From an uncultured Verrucomicrobiae bacterium (GTDB lineage: Bacteria > Verrucomicrobiota > Verrucomicrobiia > Chthoniobacterales > JAATET01), in contig CAVRCI010000001.1 in assembly GCA_963719495.1 (NCBI GenBank), positions 64,001-128,000 of the forward strand: DNA of 64,000 nucleotides, in the 5' to 3' direction. The notes below the pieces were generated by a model. It saw only the letters and a list, made by a program, of their open reading frames with translations, made no database searches and was not told the DNA's origin. Shown one piece after another: positions 43,207-52,835 of the stretch (positions are counted from its first letter, which is position 1; each line of letters begins with the position of its first letter). The position numbers and the translations under genes are program-made.

Positions 43207-44031
43207 ATGGCCACCACCGCCGCTCCCACCACCCGCCGCCCCGCGAACCCCATCATCGCGTGGCTCCTTTCCTCCATCGGCAAAAAGACCGTCGTCGCCG
43301 TCACCGGACTTGCCCTCGTCGGTTTCGTCCTCGGCCACATGGGAGGGAATCTCACCTTCTTCTTCGGCCCCGACGCGATCAACGCCTACGCCATGCATCT
43401 GCATGACCTCGGCCTCTTCCTCTGGGTCATCCGCCTCGCCCTCCTCGCCACCGTCACGCTCCACATCATCTTCACGATGTTGCTCTGGAGGGAAAATCGA
43501 ACCGCCCGACCAACCGGGTATCAAGTCAAATCCCGCGTCCAGGCCACCATTTTCTCCCGCACGATGCGCCTCAGTGGGCTGATCCTCCTTTCATTCATCG
43601 TCTTTCACCTCGCCCACTTCACCGCGAAAATCATCTACCCATCTTACAGCACGCTCGAAGCAACCCTTCCCGACGGCCACGTCGTCAGCGACGTCTACGC
43701 CATGGTCACCATCGGCTTCAGCCACCCGCTCGTCGCGATTTTCTACGTGATCTCGATGGGCCTCCTTGCCTTCCACCTCAGCCACGGCATCTCGAGCCTC
43801 TTCCAAACCCTCGGCCTCAGTAACCGCCGGGTCTTCCCACTCTACCGCACCGCCGGACTCGCCCTCGCGTGGACCCTCTTCCTCGGCTTTTCCGCCATCC
43901 CGATCTCGGTCGGTGTCTTCGGCCTCGGCAAAACCTACACCGACAAGATGCACCCCAAGGCCCCGCTCAAAACGAGCTATCAGACTCCCGAATCGGATTT
44001 CAGCCGTATCTTTTTACGTCCATCCGTTTAA
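43207..44031 (+). CDS. sdhC: succinate dehydrogenase cytochrome b subunit
   Basis: SSIGKK.VVAVTG, GHMGGN, FIVFHLAHF, HLSHGISSLFQTLG. Confidence 0.93.
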   Translation: MATTAAPTTRRPANPIIAWLLSSIGKKTVVAVTGLALVGFVLGHMGGNLTFFFGPDAINAYAMHLHDLGLFLWVIRLALLATVTLHIIFTMLLWRENRTARPTGYQVKSRVQATIFSRTMRLSGLILLSFIVFHLAHFTAKIIYPSYSTLEATLPDGHVVSDVYAMVTIGFSHPLVAIFYVISMGLLAFHLSHGISSLFQTLGLSNRRVFPLYRTAGLALAWTLFLGFSAIPISVGVFGLGKTYTDKMHPKAPLKTSYQTPESDFSRIFLRPSV

Positions 44032-44049
44032 CCCGCGGACCAAAAGCTC

Positions 44050-45966
44050 ATGACCCTCGACGCCAAAATCCCCGAAGGCCCGCTAGCCGACAAGTGGACC
44101 AATTACAAAAACAGCGCCAAGCTCATCGCGCCCAACAACAAGCGCAAATTCAAGCTCCTCATTGTCGGCACCGGCCTCGCCGGCGGATCCGCCGCCGCCA
44201 CTCTCGCCGAGCAGGGCTTCCAGATCGAATGTTTCTGCTACCAGGATAGCGCCCGCCGCGCCCACTCCATCGCCGCGCAAGGCGGCATCAACGCCGCGAA
44301 AAATTACCAGAACGACGGCGACTCCGTCTTCCGCCTCTTCTACGACACCATCAAGGGCGGCGACTTCCGCAGTCGCGAGGCCAACGTTTACCGCCTCGCC
44401 GAAGTCTCAACCTCCATCATCGACCAGTGCGTCGCCCAGGGCGTCCCGTTTGCCCGTGAATACGGCGGTCTCCTTGCGAACCGTTCGTTCGGTGGAGCCC
44501 AGGTCTCCCGCACCTTCTACGCCCGCGGTCAGACCGGCCAGCAGCTCCTCCTCGGAGCCTACCAGGAAATGTCCGCCCAAGTGGCCCGCGGTCAGATCAA
44601 GATGCATCCCCGCACCGAAATGCTCGACCTCGTCGTCGTCGACGGCCACGCGAAGGGCATCATCGTCCGCAACCTCGTCACCGGCGAAATCTCCGCCCAC
44701 GCCGGCGACGCCGTCCTCCTCTGCTCCGGCGGCTACGGCAACGTCTTCTACCTCTCGACCAACGCCAAAGGCTGCAACGTCACCGCCACCTACCGAGCCC
44801 ACAAGAAGGGCGCCCTCTTCGCCAACCCCTGCTATACGCAGATCCACCCGACCTGCATCCCGGTGAGCGGCGAATATCAGTCCAAGCTGACCCTCATGTC
44901 CGAGTCGCTCCGCAACGACGGACGCGTCTGGGTGCCCAAAAACGCCGAGGACACCGGCAAAAACCCGTCCGAAATCCCCGAGGACGCCCGCGATTACTAC
45001 CTCGAGCGCAAGTACCCGTCCTACGGCAACCTCGCCCCGCGCGACATCTCGTCCCGCTCCGCCAAGGAAGCCTGCGACAACGGCCTCGGCGTCGGCCCGT
45101 CCGGTCGCGGCGTCTACCTCGACTTCGCCGACGCCATCAAACGCCAAGGCGAGAACACGATCCGCGAAAAATACGGCAACCTCTTCGAGATGTACGCCGA
45201 GATCACCGACGAAAACGCCTACGAGCGCCCGATGCGCATCTACCCGGCGGTCCACTACACGATGGGCGGTCTCTGGGTGGACTACAACCTCATGTCCAAC
45301 GTCCCGGGCCTTCACGTCCTCGGCGAAGCTAATTTCTCCGACCACGGAGCCAATCGCCTCGGCGCCTCCGCCCTCATGCAGGGCCTCGCCGACGGCTACT
45401 TTGTGATTCCCTACACCATCGGCGACTACCTCACGACCCAGTTCGGCAAGGAGAAAGTCACCACCGACCACCCCGCCTTTGAGGAAGCCCTCGCGACAAC
45501 GAAGGCCCGCGTCCAGCAACTCATCGACATCAAGGGCACCCGCAGCGTCGACTCCTTCCACCGCGAGCTCGGCCTCCTCATCTGGGACAAGTGCGGCATG
45601 GCCCGTGACAAAGCCGGCCTCGAGGAAGCGCTTCAAAAAATTCCCGCCCTCCGCGAGCAATTCTACAAGGACGTCAAAATTCTCGGCACCGGCGAAGCGC
45701 TCAACCAATCGCTCGAAAAAGCCGGTCGAGTCGCCGATTTCCTCGAGTTCGGCGAGCTCATGTGCCTCGACGCCCTCACCCGCGAAGAAAGCTGCGGCGG
45801 CCACTTCCGGACCGAACACCAGACCGGCGAAGGCGAAGCCCTCCGCAACGACGACGACTACATGTATGTCAGCGCCTGGCAATACGGCAACGGCTCCGGC
45901 CACAAGCTCGTCAAGGAGCCCCTCACTTATGAGACCGTCCATCCGGCGACGCGAAGCTACAAGTGA
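44050..45966 (+). CDS. sdhA: succinate dehydrogenase/fumarate reductase flavoprotein
   Basis: [43 protein letters not shown]. Confidence 0.98.
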   Translation: MTLDAKIPEGPLADKWTNYKNSAKLIAPNNKRKFKLLIVGTGLAGGSAAATLAEQGFQIECFCYQDSARRAHSIAAQGGINAAKNYQNDGDSVFRLFYDTIKGGDFRSREANVYRLAEVSTSIIDQCVAQGVPFAREYGGLLANRSFGGAQVSRTFYARGQTGQQLLLGAYQEMSAQVARGQIKMHPRTEMLDLVVVDGHAKGIIVRNLVTGEISAHAGDAVLLCSGGYGNVFYLSTNAKGCNVTATYRAHKKGALFANPCYTQIHPTCIPVSGEYQSKLTLMSESLRNDGRVWVPKNAEDTGKNPSEIPEDARDYYLERKYPSYGNLAPRDISSRSAKEACDNGLGVGPSGRGVYLDFADAIKRQGENTIREKYGNLFEMYAEITDENAYERPMRIYPAVHYTMGGLWVDYNLMSNVPGLHVLGEANFSDHGANRLGASALMQGLADGYFVIPYTIGDYLTTQFGKEKVTTDHPAFEEALATTKARVQQLIDIKGTRSVDSFHRELGLLIWDKCGMARDKAGLEEALQKIPALREQFYKDVKILGTGEALNQSLEKAGRVADFLEFGELMCLDALTREESCGGHFRTEHQTGEGEALRNDDDYMYVSAWQYGNGSGHKLVKEPLTYETVHPATRSYK

Positions 45967-46245
45967 TGTTGTTGGTGTTTGGTTATTAGTTATTGGAGAT
46001 TCCGCATGTTCAACTTTGAGAAGCTCGACGCCTGGCATAGGGGAATTGATTTTGCCGATTTAATCTATCGTTCGACGAAGAGTTTTCCTCAGGACGAACG
46101 AAATCGCGAAACGCCAGGGATTTTTAAACGAGTCAGCGCACCGAGAAATTTATTCGCAAGCTGAAGTCTTGGGCAAAATGCTGAACAGCATGAAGTCGTC
46201 CTTATTGGCCAAATCCAATAACCAATAACTACCAACCAATAACAT
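45966..46245 (+). mobile_element. AT-richer cassette bounded by 32-nt inverted heptamer-repeat arms, between sdhA and sdhB
   Basis: 45966-45997 vs 46214-46245: 26/32 Watson-Crick plus 2 G.U pairs; ATG at both junctions; mobility is inferred, not shown. Confidence 0.6.
46006..46228 (+). pseudogene. four-helix-bundle protein (23S rRNA IVS-protein/Avd-like family) with internal deletion and frameshift
   Basis: 46006-46101 MFNFEKLDAWHRGIDFADLIYRSTKSFPQDER; +1 frame 46103-46228 IAKRQGFLNESAHREIYSQAEVLGKMLNSMKSSL; central QxRRAxxSxxxNIAEG segment absent. Confidence 0.8.
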
Positions 46246-47002
46246 GAATTTCACGATCAAGGCCTGGCGCCAACCGTCACCCAACGCCCACGGTGAACTG
46301 AAGACCTACCAAGCGAACTCCATCCCCCCCGAGGCCAGCTTCCTCGAGATGCTCGACATTCTCAACGAATCGTTGATCGAGCAGGACGAGGAACCCATCG
46401 TCTTCGAGCACGATTGCCGCGAAGGCATCTGCGGCTCCTGCAACCTCACGATCAACGGCATCCCGCACGGCAAGGACCGCGGAGTCGGCACGACCTGCCA
46501 GCTCTACATGCGGAAGTTTCAGGACGGCGAGACAATCAACATCGAACCATTCCAGGTCGGATCGTTCCCGGTCATGAAGGACCTCGCCGTCGACCGCTCC
46601 GCGTTCGACCGCATCATCCAAGCCGGAGGCTTCATCTCCGAGCGCAGCGGCTCCGCCCCCGACGCCAACGCCGTCCCGATTCCCAAGCCCATCGCCGACG
46701 AGGCCATGGACGCCGCCGCCTGCATCGGCTGCGGAGCCTGCGCCGCCGCCTGCCCGAACAGCTCCGCCATGCTCTTCGTCAGCGCCAAGACCGCGCACCT
46801 CAACCTCCTCCCGCAGGGAAAGCCGGAAAAGAACCGCCGCACCCTGGCGATGGTCCACCAAATGGACGCCGAAGGTTTCGGCAACTGTTCGAACTACTAC
46901 GAGTGCGAAGCCGTCTGCCCCGCCCACATCCCAGCCAGCTTCATCTCAAAGCTAAATCGCGACTACACCAAAGCCTCCCTAGCCCACAGCGCCGGAGCGT
47001 AA
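46244..47002 (+). CDS. sdhB: succinate dehydrogenase iron-sulfur subunit
   Basis: [38 protein letters not shown]. Confidence 0.97.
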   Translation: MNFTIKAWRQPSPNAHGELKTYQANSIPPEASFLEMLDILNESLIEQDEEPIVFEHDCREGICGSCNLTINGIPHGKDRGVGTTCQLYMRKFQDGETINIEPFQVGSFPVMKDLAVDRSAFDRIIQAGGFISERSGSAPDANAVPIPKPIADEAMDAAACIGCGACAAACPNSSAMLFVSAKTAHLNLLPQGKPEKNRRTLAMVHQMDAEGFGNCSNYYECEAVCPAHIPASFISKLNRDYTKASLAHSAGA

Positions 47003-47137
47003 GGGGAGCGCACGCGTCCCGCGTGCAAGATGCGGCGTCCCGCCGCATCACCCGGCAAATCGAGCGAAGCGAGAGAGCCGCACGTCAAGGAGCGGCGATT
47101 TGCAATCGCCGAACGAAACCAAATCGCCGAAGGCGAC
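47003..47137 (+). repeat. composite REP-like element family A+B
   Basis: Starts directly after the sdhB TAA; same modules as 4616 and 40486. Confidence 0.85.
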
Positions 47138-47179
47138 ATCCCCCTCTCGCCAACGAGCCGATACGTTTGCCCCAATTCT

Positions 47180-47207
47180 TTGCGCGAACCAAAATCACCG
47201 CTAGACT
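47180..47207 (+). promoter_or_regulatory. sigma70-like promoter TTGCGC-N16-TAGACT, predicted leaderless start at GTG 47214
   Basis: Consensus match; 6-nt spacing to start codon. Confidence 0.5.
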
Positions 47208-47213
47208 AAAGGC

Positions 47214-48767
47214 GTGAGCCCCCTCTCCGCCATGCCCGCCCGGTTCTTCAATCCGGAGCGAGCCGCCCGCCTCCTCTGGCGGGCCGGATTCGGCGGCACT
47301 TGGCAGGAAGCGACCGCTCTCGCCGACCTCGGCCTCGACGAAGCCGTCAATCGCCTCGTCGACTACGCCCCCAGCCCCGACCTCGCCGCACCCACCTGCG
47401 CCGCCCTCCCCGACCTGACCGACAAGCAATTCCGCGAGTCCATCGAAATCTACGACGAAGACGAACGCCGCGATCTCGCCCAAGACCGCCGCCGAGCCGA
47501 AAGCGACAACATCGACTCCCTCAAAACGTGGTGGCTCCAACGCATGCACGCCTCGTCACCGCTGACCTCCTCCGCCCCGCCGCCCCTCGAGGAAAAACTC
47601 ACCCTCTTCTGGCACGGCCACTTCGCCAGCGGTTTCCAAGACAAAATCGAGCGCACCCATCCACTCTGGCGGCAGAACCAGACCCTCCGCACCCACGCCG
47701 CCGGCCCCTTCCCCGACCTCTTCGCCGCCATCCTGCGCGATCCCGCGATGCTCGTCTGGCTCGACAACGCCTCGAGCCACAAGGGCCGCCCGAATGAAAA
47801 CCTCGCCCGCGAGTCGATGGAGCTCTTCTCGACCGGCGTCGGACCCTACACCGAAACCGACGTCAAGGAATCCGCCCGCGCCCTCACCGGTTGGTCCGTT
47901 GATCGCGACACCTGGACTTTCGACTTCCGCGAAAACGCCCACGACACCGACCCCAAGACGTTCCTCGGCGCGACCGGCAACTTCGACGGCGATGACCTCG
48001 TCCGAATCATCTGCGAGCAACCCGCCCCCGCCACCTTCCTCGCCAGAAAGCTCCTCGACTTCTTCATCGTCACCAACCCCGATCCCGACCTCGTCGCCGC
48101 AACCGCCGATTTCTACCGCTACCGCAACTACGACACCCGTGAGCTCCTCCACGTCCTCCTCCGCTCCCAGATCTTCCACGCCAACGAGAACGCCCAGTCC
48201 ATCGTCAAAAGCCCCGTCGTCCTGGCCATCGGCGCGCTCAAAGCCATGGAGGTCCCCTACCCCGATCGCCAGATCCTCCTCGGACCACTCGGCGTCATGG
48301 GCCAGAATCTCTTCTTCCCACCCGACGTCAACGGCTGGCCCGGCGGCTTCGATTGGATCAATTCCAACACGCTCCTCATCCGCTACAACTTCGCCAACTT
48401 CCTCCTCAACGGCGTCAGCCCCGACGAATTCAAGACCTTCGACGACCGCATGGTCGGCAGCCAACGCCGCGACTTCATCGAAGGCCAGCGCAACCAAAAC
48501 GCCATCGACTGGTCTCCCAAGCGCCAGCTCGAAGCCAACGACGCCACCCGCACCCTGCTCACCACCGGGGACATCATCGAACACTTCACCCGCCAATTCC
48601 TCCAACGCCCCGCCCCCCCGGAACTCCAAGCCGCCCTCCTCAAATTCGCCGAAACCGACGCCGCCGGAGGCCGCCGCAGCATGAGCCTCAACGACACCAA
48701 CTTCGACGAACGAGCCCGCGGCATCGCCCACCTCATCATGTCCAGCCCCGACTATCAGCTCTGCTGA
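47214..48767 (+). CDS. DUF1800 family protein
   Basis: LLWRAGFG, EKLTLFWHGHFA, PAMLVWLDN, NENLARESMELF, PPDVNGW. Confidence 0.92.
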   Translation: MSPLSAMPARFFNPERAARLLWRAGFGGTWQEATALADLGLDEAVNRLVDYAPSPDLAAPTCAALPDLTDKQFRESIEIYDEDERRDLAQDRRRAESDNIDSLKTWWLQRMHASSPLTSSAPPPLEEKLTLFWHGHFASGFQDKIERTHPLWRQNQTLRTHAAGPFPDLFAAILRDPAMLVWLDNASSHKGRPNENLARESMELFSTGVGPYTETDVKESARALTGWSVDRDTWTFDFRENAHDTDPKTFLGATGNFDGDDLVRIICEQPAPATFLARKLLDFFIVTNPDPDLVAATADFYRYRNYDTRELLHVLLRSQIFHANENAQSIVKSPVVLAIGALKAMEVPYPDRQILLGPLGVMGQNLFFPPDVNGWPGGFDWINSNTLLIRYNFANFLLNGVSPDEFKTFDDRMVGSQRRDFIEGQRNQNAIDWSPKRQLEANDATRTLLTTGDIIEHFTRQFLQRPAPPELQAALLKFAETDAAGGRRSMSLNDTNFDERARGIAHLIMSSPDYQLC

Positions 48768-48812
48768 CAAACCATTTCAAATTCCACATTTCAAATTTGT
48801 AATTCCGAAAAC

Positions 48813-50066
48813 ATGAATACCCGCCGCGAATTCCTCACCACCGGACTCCGGGGAACCGCCCTCCTCGCGGCCACCCAGTTCGTCCCCGCCTTCCTCACCC
48901 GCACTGCCATCGCCGCCACCCCCGGCACCGACGCTCCCATCCTCGTCGTCGTCCAGCTCAGCGGCGGCAACGACGGTCTCAACACCCTCATCCCCTTCAC
49001 CGACGACATCTACCACCGCAGCCGACCCACGATCGGCATCGGCGGCGATGCCGCCCTCCGCGTCAGCGACCACCTCGGACTCAACCCGGCCATGACCGCC
49101 GCCCGCGCCGAATTCGACGCTGGCCGCCTCGCCATCGTCCAGAACGTGGGCTATCCGAATCCGAACCGCTCCCACTTCCGATCGATGGAAATCCTCCACA
49201 CCGGCCGCAACGACGACCGCGCCAAGGTGGGCAACGGATGGATCGGCCGCTACTTCGACGCCGAGTGCGCCGGAGCCGACCCGACCGACGCCGACCTCGG
49301 ACGCATCGGCATCAATTTCGGCAAAGTCATGCCCCAGGCCTTCCGCAACGACGCCAACGTCGGCCTCGCCATCAACGATCCCGAGACCTTCCAATGGAAT
49401 GCCAGCGGCGAAACCCCCGCCCTCGCCTCCGCCCAGGAAAAACTCTTCGCCAAACTCAACCGTCCAAAACCCGCCGCCGCCGACACGGTCGCCGATAACT
49501 TCCTCCGCCACACGGCGATGAACGCCACCCTCGCCGGCGACGACCTTCGCCGCGTCCTCAAAGCCGAGCGCAACAAAGCCGAATACCCCGACACCGGCCT
49601 GGCCAGCGAACTCCGCCAAGTCGCCCGCCTCATCGCCGGCGACTTCCCGACCCGCGTCTACTACACCGGCCAGGGCGGCTACGACACCCACGAACGCCAG
49701 CCCGACCGTCACGCCCAGCTCCTCGGCGACTTCAGCGACAGCGTCAGCGCCTTCCTCGCCGACCTCCGCGCCCAAAAAATTTCCGACCGAGTCGTCGTCC
49801 TCGCCTTCAGCGAATTCGGTCGCCGGGTCGCCGAAAACGGCAGCGCCGGCACCGACCACGGAGCCGCCGCCCCGATGTTCATTTTCGGCGACGCCATCCA
49901 AGGCGGCCTCCACGGCACCCCGCCCGACCTGGCGAACCTCGACAATGGCGACGTCCGCCACACCACCGACTTCCGCCAAATCTACGCCAGCCTCCTGAAC
50001 AATTGGCTCAAAACCCCAGCCGAAACGATCCTCGGCGAGCCCTACTCACCAATCGGAATCATCTGA
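48813..50066 (+). CDS. DUF1501 family protein with Tat-like signal
   Basis: TRREFL, LSGGNDGLN, NRSHFRS, GGYDTH, SEFGRR..ENGS.GTDHG. Confidence 0.92.
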   Translation: MNTRREFLTTGLRGTALLAATQFVPAFLTRTAIAATPGTDAPILVVVQLSGGNDGLNTLIPFTDDIYHRSRPTIGIGGDAALRVSDHLGLNPAMTAARAEFDAGRLAIVQNVGYPNPNRSHFRSMEILHTGRNDDRAKVGNGWIGRYFDAECAGADPTDADLGRIGINFGKVMPQAFRNDANVGLAINDPETFQWNASGETPALASAQEKLFAKLNRPKPAAADTVADNFLRHTAMNATLAGDDLRRVLKAERNKAEYPDTGLASELRQVARLIAGDFPTRVYYTGQGGYDTHERQPDRHAQLLGDFSDSVSAFLADLRAQKISDRVVVLAFSEFGRRVAENGSAGTDHGAAAPMFIFGDAIQGGLHGTPPDLANLDNGDVRHTTDFRQIYASLLNNWLKTPAETILGEPYSPIGII

Positions 50067-50116
50067 GGATCCGGGCCACCGACCTCAAGGCCAAAGGCCG
50101 CCCATCCCCAAAACCT

Positions 50117-50145
50117 TGTCATGTTGAGCGAAGCGAAACATCTCT
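50117..50145 (+). repeat. short GTCA-type palindromic repeat
   Basis: TGTCATGTTGAGCGAAGCGAAACATCTC, with the GCGAAGC mini-hairpin seen in other repeats. Confidence 0.5.
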
Positions 50146-50185
50146 GGCTTACACTCCTCACTCCCGCCAAGCCAAACCCCGCGAA

Positions 50186-51205
50186 TCATCCCCCAACCAC
50201 CCGCGAATAAACCGCCAAATACTCCCGCACCATCCGCGCCACCGACCACCGCTCCCGGGCCACCCACCGCACCTCACCGCGATCCAATTCCTTCAGTCGC
50301 CCGACCGCGGTCACCGCCGCCTCCTCGTCTTCCCCGACAAGCCACCCCGTCCGTCCGTCCGCGATCAGCTCCGGCATCGACCCCCGGTTCACCGCGATCA
50401 CCGGAGTCCCGCAAGCCATCGCCTCGACCACGCTCAGCCCAAACGGCTCATCGAACCGAATCAAGTGCAGCAACCCCGCCGCCCGTCCGAGCAACTCCCC
50501 CCGCCGATCCGCCCCGACCTCCCCCAGAAACGTCACCCGATCCCCATCCACCCAAGGCTCGACGCATTCCTCGAAATACCCCGCGTTCTGAATCAATCCG
50601 GCCATCACCAACCGCCGCCCCGCCGCCCGCGCCACCGAGATCGCCTCCGCGGCCCCCTTGTCCGGGTGAATCCGCCCGTAAAATAACAAATAGTCGTCCG
50701 GCACGGCGACGAACGGAAACTCATCCACGTCGATCCCATGATGAATCGTCGCCGCGTAGGTCAACCGTGCCGACCGATCCGAGTCGCTGATCGCGACATA
50801 ATGACAGTCCGCATCGTAGCACTCGTAAACCGGCAAAATCCGCTCCGACGAAAATCCGTGAATCGTCGTCACCACGGGCGTGTCGACGAGCCTTGAGTAA
50901 CTCAGCGGCAAAAAATCGAATTGATTGTGAATCACGTCGAACTCGCTCGCCCGCTCGAAACAATTCGCCACGTGCAGGCACTCCATCACCTTCGCGTCCA
51001 TCCCAGCGGTCTCGGAATAGCCACCCGGACACACCGCCTCCAGCCGAGCCGAGGTCACCGAATCCCCCGTCGCGAAAAGCGTCACGTCCACCCCCGCCGC
51101 CACCAACCCCTCGGTCAGCAACGAAGTCACCAACTCCCAAGGCCCATACCGCCGAGGCGGCGTCCGCCAAGAAATCGGCGCGAGCATCCCCACGCGAAAC
51201 GTCAC
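50186..51205 (-). CDS. glycosyltransferase family 4
   Basis: PPRRYGPWE, VTLFATGDS, GRIHPDKG, EPFGLSVVEAMACGTPV. Confidence 0.93.
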   Translation of the reverse strand: MTFRVGMLAPISWRTPPRRYGPWELVTSLLTEGLVAAGVDVTLFATGDSVTSARLEAVCPGGYSETAGMDAKVMECLHVANCFERASEFDVIHNQFDFLPLSYSRLVDTPVVTTIHGFSSERILPVYECYDADCHYVAISDSDRSARLTYAATIHHGIDVDEFPFVAVPDDYLLFYGRIHPDKGAAEAISVARAAGRRLVMAGLIQNAGYFEECVEPWVDGDRVTFLGEVGADRRGELLGRAAGLLHLIRFDEPFGLSVVEAMACGTPVIAVNRGSMPELIADGRTGWLVGEDEEAAVTAVGRLKELDRGEVRWVARERWSVARMVREYLAVYSRVVGG

Positions 51206-51310
51206 GACGAAAAGGTAGGGCAGCCGCGCTGCGGGTGCCCACTTCGGTTACCACCGACGCCCGCCAACCAAAGCCCCCCCGGTATGCTACAAAAGCCGCC
51301 GCAGATCATC

Positions 51311-51362
51311 ATCCCACCATTCACCATTCACCATTCACCATTCACAGATCACAATTCACCCC
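51311..51362. repeat. heptamer tandem array (CATTCAC)n directly after the GH130 stop
   Basis: Four exact plus two degenerate units; reads GTGAATG on the coding strand. Confidence 0.8.
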
Positions 51363-52820
51363 TCACGCCAACCGCCCCAACAGAGCATTCAGCTCCACCG
51401 TCGCAAACCCCGTCGCGTAATCACTCATGGCGTAAGGCAAAATCAACCGCCCCGCGTGCACCAGCGCCCCGCACGTGTAGACCACATTCGGCACGTAACC
51501 CTCCCGCTCGTTCTCGTCCGGACCAAGCAGCGGCTCGGCCATCCGCCCGATTACCTTCCTCGGATCGTCCAAATCGAGCAACAAAGCCCCGATACTGTAT
51601 TTCCGCATCGGCCCCACCCCGTGGGTCAGCACCAGCCACCCCGCGTCGGTCTCGATCGGTGAACCGCAATTTCCCATCTGCACCAGTTCCCAAGCCTGCT
51701 GAGGCTGAAACAAAGGCTCGGCCTCGTTCCAGAAATGCGGATTGTCCGAGAACATGAGAAACACGTTCTCGTTGTCCTGCCGCGACAGCATCACGTAACG
51801 CCCGTCGATCTTCCGCGGGAATAGCGCCATCCCCTTGTTCTGCGCCGCCGGGCCGTTGAGCGTCCGAATCTTGAAATGCAGAAAATCCGTCGTCTCGATC
51901 AATTGTGGCAGGATCGTCCGCCCATCGTAAGCCGTGTAGGTCGCGTAAAACCGCACCGTCCCGTCGTCCTCGCGAAACTCCACGAACCGCGCGTCCTCGA
52001 TCCCATTCCGCTCGCTCGGCGAAGATGGGAAGATGATCCGCTCATCGACCGACTGACCGATCTGGAACCGTGTTTCGTAATTCGACTCCGCCAGCCACTG
52101 CATCCCGTTGCGCACTTGGTCGACCATCCCATCCGGGTGCGGCCAGTCGATTTCGTTCAGCGCCCGCCGCAGCTCCCCGAGCGTGAACGACTCGCCCAGC
52201 GCGCCCAGCACCGCCTTGGCGAAATCCGTCTCGAGCCCGAGCTCCGCCAACTTGCGCTGGAACATCCCCGATTCGTAAGCGGCGTTCTCGACCCGCTCCG
52301 GCTCCGTCACCATCGACCCCGCTTCCACCACCGTCACTCCACCCTTCGCGTCGATGACTCCCTCGCGAAATTCGATCGACGAGATGTGACCCTCCCCCGT
52401 CGCCCGCAGACTCATGATGAACCGCAGCCCGCCCTTCACGATCCCCGTCTGATCCGGAGCCGGCACGATCGACGGGTTGAACAACGCCGCCGACTCCAGC
52501 GCGTATTCGCTGGTGAAATAAGCACCCGCCAGCAACCGCCGCTGCTCCGACCAATCTTCCCAGCCCCCGAAGTGCACCGACGCCCGGTGAAAATTCCGCC
52601 GAATCACGCTCGGCATGTCCTCGTGCCGCGCCGCGAACTCCGCCAAGACGGTTTCCAACGCCGCCTCAACCTGCGCTTCGTCCAACGTCCGGAGGCGCTC
52701 GACCAAGTGCCGCACCCGCTCCCCGTCGTCGGCGAGAAACGGCCGCACGAGCACCCGCCGACTCTCCGGCTCGAGCACCGTCCCGGTTCGTTTCACATTG
52801 AGAGTCCCGCCCGTCTTCAT
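51363..52820 (-). CDS. glycoside hydrolase family 130-like phosphorylase/glycosidase
   Basis: ESAALFNPSIV, GEGHISSI, GIEDARFV, NKGMALFP, REGYVPNVVY. Confidence 0.9.
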   Translation of the reverse strand: MKTGGTLNVKRTGTVLEPESRRVLVRPFLADDGERVRHLVERLRTLDEAQVEAALETVLAEFAARHEDMPSVIRRNFHRASVHFGGWEDWSEQRRLLAGAYFTSEYALESAALFNPSIVPAPDQTGIVKGGLRFIMSLRATGEGHISSIEFREGVIDAKGGVTVVEAGSMVTEPERVENAAYESGMFQRKLAELGLETDFAKAVLGALGESFTLGELRRALNEIDWPHPDGMVDQVRNGMQWLAESNYETRFQIGQSVDERIIFPSSPSERNGIEDARFVEFREDDGTVRFYATYTAYDGRTILPQLIETTDFLHFKIRTLNGPAAQNKGMALFPRKIDGRYVMLSRQDNENVFLMFSDNPHFWNEAEPLFQPQQAWELVQMGNCGSPIETDAGWLVLTHGVGPMRKYSIGALLLDLDDPRKVIGRMAEPLLGPDENEREGYVPNVVYTCGALVHAGRLILPYAMSDYATGFATVELNALLGRLA

Positions 52821-52835
52821 TGCCCGCGCGTTATT

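Noticed and set aside
46095..46110. Programmed frameshift restoring the four-helix-bundle protein
   Set aside because: The joined product would be only ~73 aa and lack the conserved central segment; an internal deletion explains it better.
45966..46245. Diversity-generating retroelement (Avd-like gene)
   Set aside because: No reverse transcriptase in the window, and I saw no template/variable repeat pair differing at adenines.
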